Positions 1-11,500 of a DNA stretch of 64,000 nt are shown piece after piece (position 1 is the stretch's first letter; each line of letters begins with the position of its first letter). Both the position numbers and the translations under genes were made by a program. A model generated the notes under the pieces. That model saw nothing but the letters and a program-made list of their open reading frames with translations, was not told where the DNA came from and made no database searches. Source of the stretch: Anaeramoeba ignava BMAN (Eukaryota; Protista; Anaeramoebae); contig JAPDFW010000081.1 in assembly GCA_028826165.1 (NCBI GenBank), positions 868,001 to 932,000 on the forward strand, given 5' to 3'.

Positions 1-230
1 TTTACTGATTTTGGTTCTTTTCTATTCTTTTTTAAGTTTTACTAAACAATAAACTTAAAATTTCATTTCATTTCATTTCATTTAAATGTTTTTTTTTTTT
101 GATTGATTTTTTAATTTTTTCTATTTAAAAATTAAGAACGAAAAAGGAAAAAGAAAAAACCAAGAAAAAATAAAGAAAAAATAAAGTGAAAAAATTTTTC
201 TTTTCTTTTTAATTTTTCTTTTTAAAAATT

Positions 231-2497
231 TCAAATCTTTTTATCTTGAAATAAATTTGAATTTTCTGTTATTCCAAAAAGTCTTTTATATCTTTTCATA
301 GATGCTAATATTGCTTTTTTTGCATCTTCCGGACCTTTTGGATGAAGAACTTGAACTTCTTTTTCTTCACAATGTTTATAATCTGAAAAAAAACTCATAA
401 TTTCCAAAAGTCTATAAGGTGGAAGATCACTCACATCTGTATAATCTCGAAATTCTGGATCATCTGCATGAATTGCGATAATTTTATCATCACTTTCGTG
501 ATTATCTATTGTTGGAACCAAACCAATTGGTCTTGCACGAAGTAAAGTTCCTGGGAATACCTTGATTTAAATAAATATTTTTTTAAATATATTTTTTGGA
601 TTTAAATATATTTTTTGATTTGAATTTAAATATATTTTTTAGATTTAAATATATTTTTTGAATTTAAATATATTTTTTTAGATTTAAATATATTTTTTGG
701 ATTTAAATATATTGATTTAAATATATTTTTAGATTTATAAATATTTATTAGATTTATAAATATATTTTTTAGATTTATAAATATTTTTTGAATTTAAATA
801 TATTTTTTGAATTTAAATATATTTTTTAGATATATAAATATATTGATTTAAATATATTCTTTTGAATTTAAATATATAGATTTAAATATATTTTTGGATT
901 TAAATATATTTTTTAGATTTAAATATATATTTTAGATTTATAAATATATTGATTTAAATATATTTTTAGATTTAAATATATTTTTAGATTTAAATATATT
1001 TTTTTTAGATTTAAATATATTTTTAGATTTAAATATATTTTTTAGATATAAATATATTTTTTGAATTTAGATATATTTTTAGATTTATAAATATTCTTTT
1101 TAGATTTAAATATATTTTTAGATTTAAATATATTTTTGATTTAAATATATTTTTGATTTAAATATATTTTTAGATTTAAATATATTTTTAGATTTAAATA
1201 TATTTTTTTAGATTTAAATATATTGATTTAAATATATTTTTAGATTTATAAATATATTGATTTAAAATATATTTTTAGATTTAAATATATTTTTAGATTT
1301 TAAATATATTTTTAGATTTAAATATATTTTTTAGATTTAAATATATTTGATTTAAATATATTTTTGGATTTAAATATATTTTTGAATTTAAATATATTTT
1401 TAGAATTTAAATATATTTTTAGATTTAAATATATTTTTAGATTTTTTATTGATTTTAAATATATTTTTAGATTTAAAATATTTTTGGATTTAAATATATT
1501 TTTAGATTTAAATATATTTTTAGATTTTAAATATATTTTTAGATTTAAATATATTTTTAGATTTAAATATATTTTTAGATTTTAAATATATTTTTTAGAT
1601 TTAAATATATTTTTTAGATTTAAATATATTTTTAGATTTAAATATATTTTTAGATTTAAATATATTTTTTAGATTTAAATATATTTTTTAGATTTAAATA
1701 TATTTTTAGATTTAAATATATTTTTAGATTTAAATATATTTTTGGATTTAAATATATTTTTAGATTTATAAATATATTTTTGAATTTAGATTTAAATATA
1801 TTTTTTAGATTTAAATATATTTTTTTAGATTTAAATATATTTTTTAGATTTAAATATATTTTTTGGATTTAAATATATTTTTTAGATTTAAATATATTTT
1901 TAGATTTAAATATATTTTTTAGATTTAAATATATTTTTAGGTTTAAATATTTATTCAACAATTTTTCCTAATTAAAAATTTACTTCTGTTTGCATTAAAA
2001 CTAAAACATTAATTGGGTCACGATCTTCACCAAGAGTTTGAGGGATAAAACCATAGTTTGCAGCTGATAACAAAAAATTAAGAAATTGAGAAAATTAAAA
2101 GAAAAAAAATTTAAATAAGAAAATTAAAAGAAAAAAAAATTTAAATGAAAAACAATACGATAAACAATTGGAGAATATAAAACTCGATCAACACGAAGAA
2201 GTCCTGAAGGTTTATCCTTTTCATATTTGACCTTTGACCCTCGAGGAATCTCAATCACTGATCAAAAAAAAAATATAAAAATAAAAATAAAAATAAAAAT
2301 AAAAATAAAAATATTTCTTTTTAAATTATAAATTGGTTTTTGTTTAACAGTTTCTTACCAACATTAATAACTTCAGGAGGTTCATCTCCAGTACTTACGC
2401 CGTGCCAAGGATGACAACAATATTTTTGTGCAGAAGTTGTTTTTTTCTTTTGTTTTCTTTTTTTATATGAACAAAATTTTTCCCAAGCTTCTTCCAT
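231..2497 (-). CDS. Soluble inorganic pyrophosphatase, family I (4 exons; large intron 561-1983)
   Basis: Spliced translation MEEAWEK...CHPWHG...[53 protein letters not shown]...RARPIG...[18 protein letters not shown]; GT-AG junctions keep the frame. Confidence 0.93.
570..1950. repeat. Intronic satellite, ~18-20 nt unit TTTTAGATTTAAATATA(T)n
   Basis: Visible tandem array filling the third PPase intron. Confidence 0.95.
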
Positions 2498-2582
2498 TAA
2501 TTTTATTTTAAAAAAAATGAAAAAAAAATTTCAATTTATTTTTTTATTTTTTATTTTTTTATTTTTTCATTTTTTCATTTTT

Positions 2583-3279
2583 TCATTTTTTTTTCGGTTT
2601 TTTTTCATTTTTTTTTTCGGTTTTTTTTTCGGTAATTAATCCCATCTTAAACTTCCCATTTCCAATGAGTTGTATTATCAATTTTGCCGTCATCATGTCA
2701 TAGATGTATCCACACTCCACAATGAAATTCATACAGGTTGTCCGTACAGGAGTGGAATCGAGAAAATTAACTGCATAATCTTTAAACATGGTCTTCATGA
2801 AATTCACGAAATCAGGGAAAGTGTTTGCAATCTGGTTCATGAACAACTCATGTGAATTCATGTGGAGTACTAATTTTTCATTTCCCATATAAATCGTCCT
2901 TCCTGTTTCCAGTGAATTACTATTTTTTTAGGTGCTCCTTTTTTGGATACAGTTTCTTTTTGTTTTTCTAATTCCTCTATTCTTTTCTCCAACTTTTCAT
3001 TTTTGTCTTTGAGTCCCCTCATTGCCTCCTTTAGATCATCATTTTCTTTTCTTAATCCTTTATTTTCCTCTTTGTATATTTCCATTTTCTGTAATTTCTC
3101 TATTATTGGTACCTAAAAAAAAAAGTCAGAAAATCAAAAAAAGAAAAATTCTAAACAAAGTTCTTAACTTCAGTTTTACTCTTTATTTTTACGCAATTGG
3201 AGCATATCCGCGGTTGTTTTTTTTGTTTTTGGGGTTTTGTTTTCCTATTTTTATGATTTTTATTTTCCGGAATTTTCAT
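2583..3279 (-). CDS. Hypothetical coiled-coil protein (putative first exon ending in CSNC, one intron, one frameshift at ~2925)
   Basis: ORFs 2870-3085 and 2583-2888 join if one A is added to the A7 run; acceptor tttttag at ~3112; putative exon 1 MKIPENK...PRICSNC. Confidence 0.5.
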
Positions 3280-3404
3280 TTTCCATTTGATTTTGATTTT
3301 GATTCAAATTTTGATTTTGGAAAGTTATTTGAAAATTTGAAAATGAAATTTGGCTTGGTTGAATTTTCGGTGCATTTTTTATAGGGATGAATAAGCCGAA
3401 TTTT

Positions 3405-3620
3405 TAATTTTAATTTTAATTTTATTTTTTTATTTTGATTTTAATTTCAATTTTAATTTTGATTTCAATTTTAATTTAAATTTTTATTTTTATTTTAATT
3501 TTAATTTTAATTTTAATTTTTAATTTTAATTTTAATTTTAATTTTAATTTTAATTTTAATTTTAATTTTAATTTTAATTTTGATTTTTTAATTTTAATTT
3601 TAATTTTAATTTTAATTTTG
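3405..3620. repeat. (TTTTAA)n intergenic satellite
   Basis: Visible hexamer array. Confidence 0.9.
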
Positions 3621-3623
3621 GAA

Positions 3624-4328
3624 TTAAAATTTAAGAAATAAATTAATAACTTTTCCATAATCTTCTTTTTCTTGAATAAAATAATTAAATTGTTTTTCAT
3701 TTTCTAAAATTTCATTATTAAATAATATTATTTGATTTTGATTTGGAATATTTTCAACTTTTCCAATTTGAATTTTTAAATCTTGAATTGTTTCATTAGG
3801 AGAAACATAATAATATTTATTTTCTTCATTTGATTTTTGAATATTAACTTTAATTAATGAAAAAATATCAAGTGATGGATTTTCATTTGAATTTTGATAA
3901 TAAGATAATTTTTTATTATATTCAAGTCTTTTTCCTTCATAAATTAAACTTGTTCCTTCAATTTCATATTTATTTCTTGATATTCTTGTTAAAATATCTT
4001 GAAGTGTATTTTCAAAAACTGGAATTTGTGAATTTGAATTATGAAGATTCCGAATAAGTGGTATAACTTTTTTAATTGGATGAAAAATATTAATATAAAC
4101 AACTTTATCACGAGATCGAATAACATAAATAGTATAATCATTTTGAATATTATAATCACAAATAGTTTTATCATTTTCTAAAATTTTTCCTGCAAAAAAT
4201 AAGAATAAACAATCTGGATCCCAATTTTGTTTGTCTCCAATTTTTTCTTTTATTTCTTTAATTGTATCATTTGATTCAACTTCAATTCGAAATCTTGATT
4301 GATATAAAGCTAAAAAATAAAGCCACAT
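3624..4328 (-). CDS. Triple ubiquitin-like domain protein, copy 1
   Basis: DTIKEIKEKI...LFFAGKILENDKTICDYNIQ, LIYEGKRLE and ETIQDLKIQI..QIILFNNEILE are Ubl motifs; no terminal GG. Confidence 0.85.
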   Translation of the reverse strand: MWLYFLALYQSRFRIEVESNDTIKEIKEKIGDKQNWDPDCLFLFFAGKILENDKTICDYNIQNDYTIYVIRSRDKVVYINIFHPIKKVIPLIRNLHNSNSQIPVFENTLQDILTRISRNKYEIEGTSLIYEGKRLEYNKKLSYYQNSNENPSLDIFSLIKVNIQKSNEENKYYYVSPNETIQDLKIQIGKVENIPNQNQIILFNNEILENEKQFNYFIQEKEDYGKVINLFLKF

Positions 4329-4419
4329 TTTAATAAATAAATTTAATTCAAAAATAGAAAAATGAAAAATAAAAAATGAAAATAGATTTTGATTTTAATT
4401 TTAATTTTGATTTTTGGAA

Positions 4420-5124
4420 TTAAAATTTAAGAAATAAATTAATAACTTTTCCATAATCTTCTTTTTCTTGAATAAAATAATTAAATTGTTTTTCATTTTC
4501 TAAAATTTCATTATTAAATAATATTATTTGATTTTGATTTGGAATATTTTCAACTTTTCCAATTTGAATTTTTAAATCTTGAATTGTTTCATTAGGAGAA
4601 ACATAATAATATTTATTTTCTTCATTTAATTTTTGAATATTAACTTTAATTAATGAAAAAATATCAAGTGATGGATTTTCATTTGAATTTTGATAATAAG
4701 ATAATTTTTTATTATATTCAAGTCTTTTTCCTTCATAAATTAAACTTGTTCCTTCAATTTCATATTTTCTTATTGATATTCTTGTTAAAATATCTTGAAG
4801 TGTATTTTCAAAAACTGGAATTTGTGAATTTGAATTGAAAATATTTCGATAAAGTGGTGTAACTTTTTTAATTGGATGAAAAATATTAATATAAACAACT
4901 TTATCAACAGATTGAACAAGATGAATAGTAGAGTTTTTTGAAATATTATAATCATAAATAATTTTATCATTTTCTAAAATTTTTCCTGCAAAAATTAATA
5001 ATAAACAATCTGGATCCCAACCTTTTTGTTCTTGAACTTTTTCTTTTATTTCTCTAATTGTATTAGTTGGATAGATATCAATCGTTATTGTTTGACCAGA
5101 TAAAGTTCGAATATAAAGCCACAT
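4420..5124 (-). CDS. Triple ubiquitin-like domain protein, copy 2
   Basis: MWLYIRTLSGQTITIDI..NTIREIKEKV...LIFAGKILEN..DYNI..STIHLV; 234 aa tandem paralog of 3624-4328. Confidence 0.88.
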   Translation of the reverse strand: MWLYIRTLSGQTITIDIYPTNTIREIKEKVQEQKGWDPDCLLLIFAGKILENDKIIYDYNISKNSTIHLVQSVDKVVYINIFHPIKKVTPLYRNIFNSNSQIPVFENTLQDILTRISIRKYEIEGTSLIYEGKRLEYNKKLSYYQNSNENPSLDIFSLIKVNIQKLNEENKYYYVSPNETIQDLKIQIGKVENIPNQNQIILFNNEILENEKQFNYFIQEKEDYGKVINLFLKF

Positions 5125-5126
5125 TT

Positions 5127-5218
5127 TAATAAATAAATTTAATTCAAAAATAGAAAAATGAAAAATAAAAAATGAAAATAGATTTTGATTTTGATTTTGA
5201 TTTTGATTTTTATTTTTT
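5127..5218. repeat. ~80-90 bp direct repeat (last codons + stop + intergenic region); other copies at 7188-7267 and, partially, 4331-4396
   Basis: taataaataaatttaattcaaaaatagaaaaatgaaaaataaaaaatgaaaatagattttgatttt occurs three times. Confidence 0.9.
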
Positions 5219-7113
5219 ATTCCCATATTTTTTTTGATATTCATCATATTCTTTTGGAGGAAATCTTAATCTAATAACTTCATCTTTATCTTCTTGTGAT
5301 AATTTTTTAAAATCTTTCCTTTTTGAAAATTTTTGAAAATTCCTTCCCATTTCCCAATAACAAAATTTTTGTAAAAAATCACAATTTGTTCTTTTTGAAA
5401 TATGAAGAGCTTGAACAATCATTTCATGACTTAAAGTTTGAGATAAATTGATTTGGACTAATATCTTCAATCTTTGAATTTGGAAATAGTCTGTCAAAAT
5501 CAGTAATTCTAACATTGTTCTATTTGATTTGCAGATGAAATTTTGATTATTTTCTTTTATTGCAAGATCAATATTGGGAGGAAGAAAACGATCTGCATAA
5601 ATATATTCGACAATCATCAATAATGATTCCATCCCGATATCTTCAAAAACAACTTCTCTTTTAATTTTCTCCTTCATTTCATGTTGTGAAAGTGATTTGA
5701 AATAATCGCATCTTTGGGATAATATTGCCAAATGAACTTTCAAACTTTCTCTTTGATTTCCTTCACATCCGACAATAGAAAAATCACTAAATGTTCCAAA
5801 TCTCATTAATTTTGCAAAAGAATTGCTGAGGAAATCAGCTTCTAATTTAAACAACCCTTGAATTTTATGATCCTTAATCAAGTGATTATCATTTTCTTGA
5901 TTTTGTTGAATAATTTTTTTCATAATCAAATTCAGTCTTTCAACTCTAAATAAATCAGAAATGGATAATATTTCAAGTACCAAATCCTGATTTTCCATCA
6001 CTTTTTCATCAATTAACCCACAATAAATATACTTAATCATACTATAAAATGCCATAAAGGGATAATTAACATTAATTGTAACTTCAAATGATTTTTCCTT
6101 TTCTTCCTTTTCTTCTTTTTCAATTTGCAAAAAATATTTCTGGGAAAATTCTTCTGAATCAAATAATCCACTTGAAAACTTATCAAAGAGATCTTTGAAA
6201 ACTTCATTTCTTGAATACAAAATAATTTTATGAGCAAATATTGATTCCACTTGTTTTTGATTCGAAATTACTAAAAATTTCACATCTGAAAAAGTATCAT
6301 CATTTAACATTTGGAAAAGGTCTTGTTGATAAGAACTTGGAATCAAATCCAATGTTGGCTTTGGGAATAGTTCAGGTAATTTTGGTTCAGGAGGTTTTTC
6401 TTTTTGTTTTTTTGTGAAAAATTTATTGAGAAATTTTTTCTTTTTGTTTTTTTCAAATTTTTTTCTTTTTCCATTTCAATTATTTTTTCCTTTCTAAGAT
6501 AATCTTCAATAGCAATTAAAAAGCATTGATCCACATTTACTCGACTTTTAGCAGAAGCTTCAATAAATAAAATATTATTTTCATTTGCAAATTGTTGGAT
6601 TTCTTGAGTTGATAATTTTCTTTCATATTCCAAATCAATTTTATTAGCAACTAAAACAACAGATGTTGGATCCAAATCAATTTTTCTAAATGTTCTCATT
6701 TTTTCCAAAAATTCTTTAATATCTGAAAAAACTTCATTTTTATCTAAAATTGAGATGACAATAATAAAAATATTCGTTTGTTCAAACATTTCTTTTTCAT
6801 GTGTAAAATTATAATAAGGATTATATGGGGCTAAATCACCATAAAAATAAATTTCAAGAAATAAATTTTGTTCATCGACTTGTGTTTGTTTCATAAGGAA
6901 ATCTTCTCCTTCAAAATATCTAAAAGCACTTTTATTTTTTAAATTTTTACAAAATAAGAAAAAAGCAAAAAAAGTTTTTAAACATAAACAAAATATGAAA
7001 TTGAATTAATTTTACTGTCCATCAAAAACATCTCCAACATATCTAACTGGTAATGATCTTCTTCCACTTCCTCCACTTCCAATTATTGAAATTTTAATAA
7101 TTTTTCGATTCAT
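5210..7113 (-). CDS. RhoBTB-like protein: Ras-type GTPase domain + Pro-rich linker + 2 BTB domains (1 intron, frameshift at ~6460)
   Basis: Exon 1 MNRKIIKISIIGSGGSGRRS; VLVANKID, FIEASAK; linker EKPPEPKLPELFPKP in the BTB frame; FSDVKF..AHKIILYSR, FSDFSI..VHLAILSQRCDYF; C-terminal RFPPKEY resembles RhoBTB RWPP. Confidence 0.82.
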
Positions 7114-7258
7114 TTCCAAAAAAGAAAAAAGAAGAAGAAAAATGAAAAAATCTTTTTTAAATAAATAATAAATAATCTTTAATTAAATAATAAATAAATT
7201 TAATTCAAAAATAGAAAAATGAAAAATAAAAAATGAAAATAGATTTTGATTTTGATTT

Positions 7259-8416
7259 TTATTTTTTGTGAATAATTTGTGGTCCAATTTCATCATAATC
7301 TTCTTTTGGAATGAAATTAGATATAAAATTGGGAAGAGAACAAAAAATAGATCCTCCAATCCAAACAGAATATTTTCTTTCAGGAGGAGCAATAATCTTA
7401 ACTTGTGTTTCTTTTGGAGCTAATTTATTAATTTCTTTTTCTAATCTTTCTTTAATTCCTGAAAACATTGTTGTTCCTCCAGATAAAACAATATTAGAAT
7501 ATAAATCTTTTCGAATTTCAATATCACATTTCATAATTGAATTTTGAATTATTTCATGAATTCCATTTTCTTCATTTTCAATAAAAGATGGTTGAAATAA
7601 AACTTCTGGACATCTAAATCTTTCATTTCCTATTGTAATTATTTGGCCATCAGGTAATTCATATTCTTTTTCAATTAGTTTTTCTTGTTTTTTAATTTCT
7701 CCATCAAAATCTAAAGCAACATAACAAAGTTTTTCTTTAATATCTCTAACAATCTCTTTTTCAGCTGTTGTTTTGAATTCATATCCTCTTTCACACAATA
7801 TTTTAGTAAAATAATCAGTTAACTCTTTTCCACTAAAATTTAAATTAATAATTGAATTTGTTGCAATGCATCCTTCATAAATTGAAACAAATTGAGTAAC
7901 ACCACCTCCCATTCCAAAAACAATTCCTGTTGTTCTTCCAGATTCAATTAATGATAATAATGCTTGTGTTTCAAGATCAAAAAAAGGAACATTAAATGTT
8001 TCAAACATAATTTGAATAATTTTCTCTTGATCTTTTTTTGGATTCAAACAAATCTCAGTTAAAAAAACAGGATGTTCTTCAGGAGCAACTCTTAGTTCAT
8101 TATAAAAAGAATTGTGCCAGATTTTTTCCATATCATCCCAATTTGTTACTATTCCTTTTTCTATTGGATGCTTTATTGTCAATATTCCCCTTTTGGATTG
8201 TGCTTCATCTCCAACATAATAATCTTTTTGTCCCATTCCAACCATTCCCGTATGCCTGGTTCTTCCAACTATTGATGGGAAAACAGCTCTTGGTGCATCA
8301 TCTCCGCCATATCCTGCTTTCATCATATAAGAACCATTATCAATTACTATTGCTTGTAGATCTTCATCAAATGACAAATCTTCAAAATTTAAATTAAAAT
8401 CAAATATTGATTTCAT
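7259..8416 (-). CDS. Divergent actin (intronless)
   Basis: [76 protein letters not shown]. Confidence 0.95.
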   Translation of the reverse strand: MKSIFDFNLNFEDLSFDEDLQAIVIDNGSYMMKAGYGGDDAPRAVFPSIVGRTRHTGMVGMGQKDYYVGDEAQSKRGILTIKHPIEKGIVTNWDDMEKIWHNSFYNELRVAPEEHPVFLTEICLNPKKDQEKIIQIMFETFNVPFFDLETQALLSLIESGRTTGIVFGMGGGVTQFVSIYEGCIATNSIINLNFSGKELTDYFTKILCERGYEFKTTAEKEIVRDIKEKLCYVALDFDGEIKKQEKLIEKEYELPDGQIITIGNERFRCPEVLFQPSFIENEENGIHEIIQNSIMKCDIEIRKDLYSNIVLSGGTTMFSGIKERLEKEINKLAPKETQVKIIAPPERKYSVWIGGSIFCSLPNFISNFIPKEDYDEIGPQIIHKK

Positions 8417-8511
8417 TTCTTTATCAAAAATTAAAAATAAAAAGTAATAAAAATAAAAAGGAGAAATAAGCAAGAAAAAAAATGAGTTCAATTTTAATTT
8501 TGGGATTGGAA

Positions 8512-11500
8512 TTAAAATTTAATTGTGATTTTAAATTCACAATAAAATTGAAAAGGATTGAGAACAAAAAAAACTGAATCAGAAACATTTTTCGTGTGAA
8601 AAAAATGCTTTCCAGTTTGACCCAAAACAACACGATAAAGATAAAAAACCAGTGTTTTAGATTCCAAAATGTTTGTGTCATTAAATAAATGGAAATTAAT
8701 TGGATTTGCAAAGAAAGGATAAATTGAATAAATTTCATTATTTTGCAAAGACAAATTCTTGAGTAAATCAATCTTTTGAAAATAAGAATCAAGATCAAAA
8801 TTGATATTTGCATAACTGAACAAATAAACCTGATTATCGTATTTTCCAGCATCAATGGGAATTAAACCTTCAAATTTTTCTTGTTTAATTTTGGCTTTTT
8901 TCATAAGTTGCAAATAAAAGAAATAATTGGTCCATTTTTTTTGGTTTTGAATCATTTCAATATTGATTTGGAATGATTTCGATTTTTTCTCAATAAAGGG
9001 TTGTGTGCCAAAATTTGACTGCAAAAAATTTTCAATGATAGAAAAAAAGGTGTTATTTTTTTTGATTGGAAATTCTTGCTCTTGGATTTTCTGCTCTGAG
9101 TCTCTTTGCCAATAATCTGGGAAAATTTTATTTGGATTGGAGAAATTATTCACAAATTGAGATAAGTTTTGATTTTTTAAGTTGGGAAAGCATTCGATGT
9201 CTAGATTTTGATTTTTTGATTCTGGAACAATTTGATTCCATAAAAACACAGGCATTTGGGCTAAATTCTTTTTGATAAAAATGGGAAAGGATTTTGCAAG
9301 TGTTAAATTATTCATTTTGAGGTATTCAAGATGAGAAAGCAAGCATCTTTGTTGCCAAATATTTAAATCCGAATTTGGTTTTTCCAATTTATCTTTGATT
9401 AAAATTGCAATTTTGGTGTTGTTTTTTTCTCCAAAATACCTAGGCATAATCAATCCAATGTGATTTAGTTGCCAAAGTGTTGAAAAAAGTTGAGGATCGA
9501 ATCGGCTAATAATGGTTGGAAAGTTATTGATATTCACTTCTTGGTATCCGTCTTCTTCAACATTTCCTTCATATGGAATTTTTTCCAGAATTTGGGATGT
9601 AAATTTTTTGTTGATTTGCTCCTCACTATACTGTTCTGTGTTTGGAATTTTTATGATTTTTGCCATATAAGAACGGAAAAAAGAGATTTTTTGGTGAAGA
9701 AAAAGTTGTTTTTGTTTGTCGTTTTGAAATTCAGTTTGAGATGCTTCTAAATTCTGGATGAAATTGGAAAGTGGAACTAGTAAAAATTTAAGTGCCTTTT
9801 TTGGAATATTGTTTCTTGTTATCAATGACTCAACATCCCCCACAAATATATTAAAAAGAATGATGTTGTTAACCAACCTTGTGTAATTTTCTTCTTTTTC
9901 AAGATCCACACTAAATATTTCAATTTTTTCAGGTTTCTCTTTTCTTTGTAGTTTTTTTACCATTTTTTTATAATGGTTTTCTAAATTACTTTGAATTCCT
10001 TGAATTTTGTTTGGATCAAATTTGCTGACTTGTTTTGAAAATTGTTCCAAATGATTAAGCAATTCCATTTCTGGTAAGTCATCCAGATCAGAATCTGAAT
10101 TAACATTTTTTTCTTCATTTATATTAAAAATGCTGGCAATTTTTTGCAGATGATCATGCAAAGCTGATAAAAGAGTTGATTTGTAATTAAAATTTGAAGT
10201 ATTATTTTCTGGTGAATTGAGGAATTGTTGGATTTCTTTGAGAAAAGGTCGGAATTGATCTGGATTTTTTGTTGAAAGTAATTTTCTTGATATTTTTATC
10301 CAACTTTCTAAATCGGGAAAAATTGTTTCAATTTGCTCAAAATTCTGAATTATTTCAATTGATTTTGTAATTGATTTTATTGTGTTTAGAAGATTTATTT
10401 GTGGTGTTGAAAAATTGAGTTGAATTTTTTTTTCATTGCAATCAATCTCCACTTTATAAGAATGGCCTGGAAATAATCCATTAAGTGATAAAATGAGATT
10501 TTTTTCAAATTTAGATTTTTGAATTTTTGTTGTTGGTTCTTTTGGTTTTATTGAGATTTGAATTTTTTCAATTTCGGAAATAATTCTTGGAATTGAAATT
10601 AAAGCTGAATCAAAACTAACATTTAAAAACTAAAAATTTATATCAATTTTAAATTAATTTTATATTAATTTTATATCAATTTTAAATTAATTTTATATCA
10701 AATTTATATTAATTTTATATTAATTTTATATCAATTTTATATCAATTTTAAATCAATTTTATATCAATTTTATATTAATTTTATATCAATTTTATATTAA
10801 TTTTATATTAATTTTATATTAATTTTATATTAATTTTATATTAATTTTATATCAATTTTATATCAATTTTATATCAATTTTATATCAATTTTATATTAAT
10901 TTTTTCAATCAATTTTATATCAATTTTATATCAAATATCAATTTTATATTAATTTTATATTAATTTTTATATCAATTTTATATTAATTTTATATCAATTT
11001 TATATTAATTTTATATTAATTTTATATTAATTTTATATCAATTTTAAATCAATCTTATATCAATTTTATATTAATTTTTATATTAATTTTTATATCAATT
11101 TTATATCAAATTTAAATCAATATTAAAATATCAAAAAATTAAAAATTAATTTTATATCAATTTTATGAAAAATTTATATTATTTTTATCAATTTTAAATC
11201 AATTTTAAATCAAATTTATATCAATTTTTATATTAATTTTATATTAATTTTATAATTAAAATTAATTTTATATTAATTTTATATCAATTTTATATTAATT
11301 TTATATCAATTTTATATTAATTTTAAATTAATTTTATATCAATTTTATATTAATTTTATATCAATTTTTATATTAATTTTATATTAATTTTTTCTTTTTT
11401 ATATTAATTTTATATCAATTTTATATTAATTTTATATCAATTTTATATCAATTTTTATATCAATTTTAAATTAATTTTTATATCAATTTTAAATCAATTT

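Noticed and set aside
570-1950. Regular repeats as a CRISPR array or telomere
   Set aside because: No unique spacers, no cas genes; contiguous AT satellites lying inside GT-AG introns.
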